The translations under genes and the position numbers were made by a program. A DNA stretch of 10,839 nt from positions 1 through 10,839 of the forward strand of contig JBHGNT010001224.1 in NCBI GenBank assembly GCA_043228905.1, in the 5' to 3' direction. The notes beneath the pieces are model-generated. The model saw nothing but the letters and a program-made list of their open reading frames with translations, did not search any database and was not told where the DNA came from. Origin of the DNA: Azolla caroliniana (lineage: Eukaryota > Plantae > Polypodiophyta). Positions 9,133-10,839 of this stretch are shown piece after piece (positions within the stretch are counted from its first letter, which is position 1; each line of letters opens with the position of its first letter).

Positions 9133-10648
9133 CTGACTTCACAGCAGTTAATCAGTTAATATAATGTCATTGCATTTTGACAACCGTACATTATGACTTC
9201 AGAGCAGTTAAGTAAGCAGGTTCTTTAACATATTTTCTTTGCATTTTGACAACCTTACAACCGAACTATAAAACAGTAAACAGGCAGGTAACATATTTTC
9301 GTTTTACTTTCATGATCTTACAACTAGTCTTATCAAAGCAGTAATAGGTTGATATCATATTTCATCAAAACAGAGAATAATGTCTGGCCTTTAACCTTAC
9401 CTCGTGAGGATATGTTAGGGTTGATGCCATAACTTTTGATATTGACGATGCAGCTGCGACATCTCCGCTGCTTAGGTTTTCCAGACTGATACCCTCTGAT
9501 TTAGATAATAATAATAATAATAATTCAGCAAAACCTTTCAGACCAAAACATCGACAGACTTGCTAAAAAATTTACCAATATGATAATAATACAATTCGTG
9601 AGGATGGTCTTATAAGTAGCAGCATTAAGATCTACTCTAAAATTCGAAGCAGACAAATACTGTACATATTATTAAAGCTGCGATCTAACATAACGTGGAT
9701 TTCCATTTTCTAAAACTTCCTATACTAGATTCTAAATGTTCAGGCTAGATCTGTCCCAGCCATCACCTACACATACATATCATTGTAAGAACAAGCAAGT
9801 ACTTCCAACTTGCAAGCACAAACGAAGGAGAGTTAAAAACAACAAAAAATATGTATGAACTTTAGAGTCTATTACATTAATAACATTGTCTATTTCCATT
9901 TTCTAAAACTTCCTATACTAGATTCTAAATTTTCAAGTTAGATCTGTCCAACCCATCACCCACACATATATCCCATCATAAGAACGGGCGAGTACTTCCA
10001 ACTTGCAACACAAGAAAGAGAGAGAGAGAGAGAGAGAGTGTGTGTGTGTGTGTGTGTGTGTAACTGAGTGAGTGAGTGAGTGAGAAGCAAAAAAATGAAG
10101 TAGGACCTTGAAAGTTTGTCTTCCACCATTAGAACTTTTAAATGAATAACATCGTATAACTAAACGGAAAAAAATAGACTATCATTATCAGCTCACACCA
10201 TCCGTTCCTATATTACAACCTGGATTTGGATCCACGGGTGATAATCATGCAAACTATAAACCTCAAATGTTTTCCACAGTGATTTTGTAGGGCTTAAGTG
10301 TAACCAATAGAATCAACTACAGTATACCCCAAAGGACATAAACAGAAATGATCTATTTTATTAAATTTTAAAAGAATAATAAATATCTTACTCTTCTCAG
10401 CAAAATGTTGTTTCAGTGATTCATAAAGAGGAAATTGAACTGCTACATGACTTATTCCAGCTAACGCTGGAACAATGCCGCTGTTCAATATAAATAAACA
10501 ATCAGCTTAAAGAACAATGTACACTATCCAGGCATCCCAGAGATGAGACATACCTGTAGAGGCCACGAATGCCCTCCTCGGTATATATTCGACGAAGGGC
10601 ACCAACGGTGCTTGTATATGGTTCATGACCTGCCTTCAAGTGCTGGGT
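8794..10648 (-). CDS. NDT1: Mitochondrial carrier family (SLC25) NAD+ transporter, NDT1/NDT2-like; 5'-partial, complement(join(8794..9132,9401..9495,10392..10480,10554..10648))
   Basis: Spliced translation [102 protein letters not shown]...[43 protein letters not shown] matches plant NDT signatures ([47 protein letters not shown]). All introns are GT-AG and phases are consistent. NDT1 versus NDT2 orthology is not resolved. Confidence 0.93.
9124..9363. repeat. Degenerate ~60-70-bp tandem repeat (about 4 units) filling most of the last coding-region intron
   Basis: Recurring ccttacaac...cagt(t)aa...catatt...ttgcattttgacaa units starting at ~9124, 9184, 9253 and 9317. Confidence 0.7.
9401..9495 (-). 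CDS. NDT1: NAD+ carrier internal exon (95 nt), absent from the ORF track
   Basis: atcag|AGGGT...CACGAG|gtaagg, translating (K)[31 protein letters not shown]. Confidence 0.92.
9699..10020. repeat. Intronic direct duplication (~130 bp, period 193)
   Basis: atttccattttctaaaacttcctatactagattctaaat...tagatctgtcc...agtacttccaacttgcaa at 9699 and 9892. Confidence 0.93.
10017..10084. repeat. Compound microsatellite (AG)n(TG)n(TGAG)n in an intron
   Basis: Read directly from the sequence. Confidence 0.95.
10392..10480 (-). CDS. NDT1: NAD+ carrier internal exon (89 nt)
   Basis: aacag|CGGCATT...GAGAAGA|gtaaga, translating (S)[29 protein letters not shown]. Confidence 0.93.
10554..10648 (-). CDS. NDT1: NAD+ carrier internal exon (95 nt)
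   Basis: ttgcag|ACCCAG...CTCTACAG|gtatgt, translating [31 protein letters not shown](S). Confidence 0.93.
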
Positions 10649-10839
10649 CTGCAATATGGAATAAATCCAAATGCGCTGAAAATTAAAGCATTGCCAGCTA
10701 ACAAGTAATATACAAAAAATAAACAACTTTGGAAGAACATGTAAAAACTGCAATGCCCTGGTAACTGTTGGCAAAATAGTACACCAGACTAGTCTCAGCT
10801 CAAACATGGAAATGTTCAATCTTTTAATTCAAAGTCTGC

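Noticed and set aside
10294-10819. Full-length track ORFs 10294-10488 and 10502-10819
   Set aside because: Only the exon cores 10392-10480 and 10554-10648 are coding; the rest is intron read-through.

Overview
Eukaryotic, land-plant-type genomic DNA; a fern-like origin is a weak impression only. Bases 1 to ~7400 are a stack of retrotransposon remnants. (i) The 3' end of a young, CpG-rich LTR retrotransposon (PPT plus a ~759-bp LTR at 478-1236) is inserted into (ii) a decayed L1-clade LINE on the minus strand. The LINE keeps its 5' coding end: ORF1 with a DUF4283/RRM-like region and zinc knuckle, and ORF2 with an AP-endonuclease domain, cut just before the RT. (iii) A probable ~1.45-kb LTR at 4820-6267 carries a 183-bp internal tandem duplication. 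(iv) A heavily decayed Ty3/Gypsy protease/linker remnant follows. Bases 8794-10648 hold the last four coding exons of an intact minus-strand mitochondrial-carrier-family gene, an NAD+ transporter of the NDT1/NDT2 type, whose 5' part lies beyond the window. I found no convincing evidence of a new biological system. The most notable observations are the nested insertion, a possible stem structure bracketing the PPT/LTR junction, and a degenerate intronic tandem repeat that includes the splice acceptor. All motif calls were made by eye, with no database searches.
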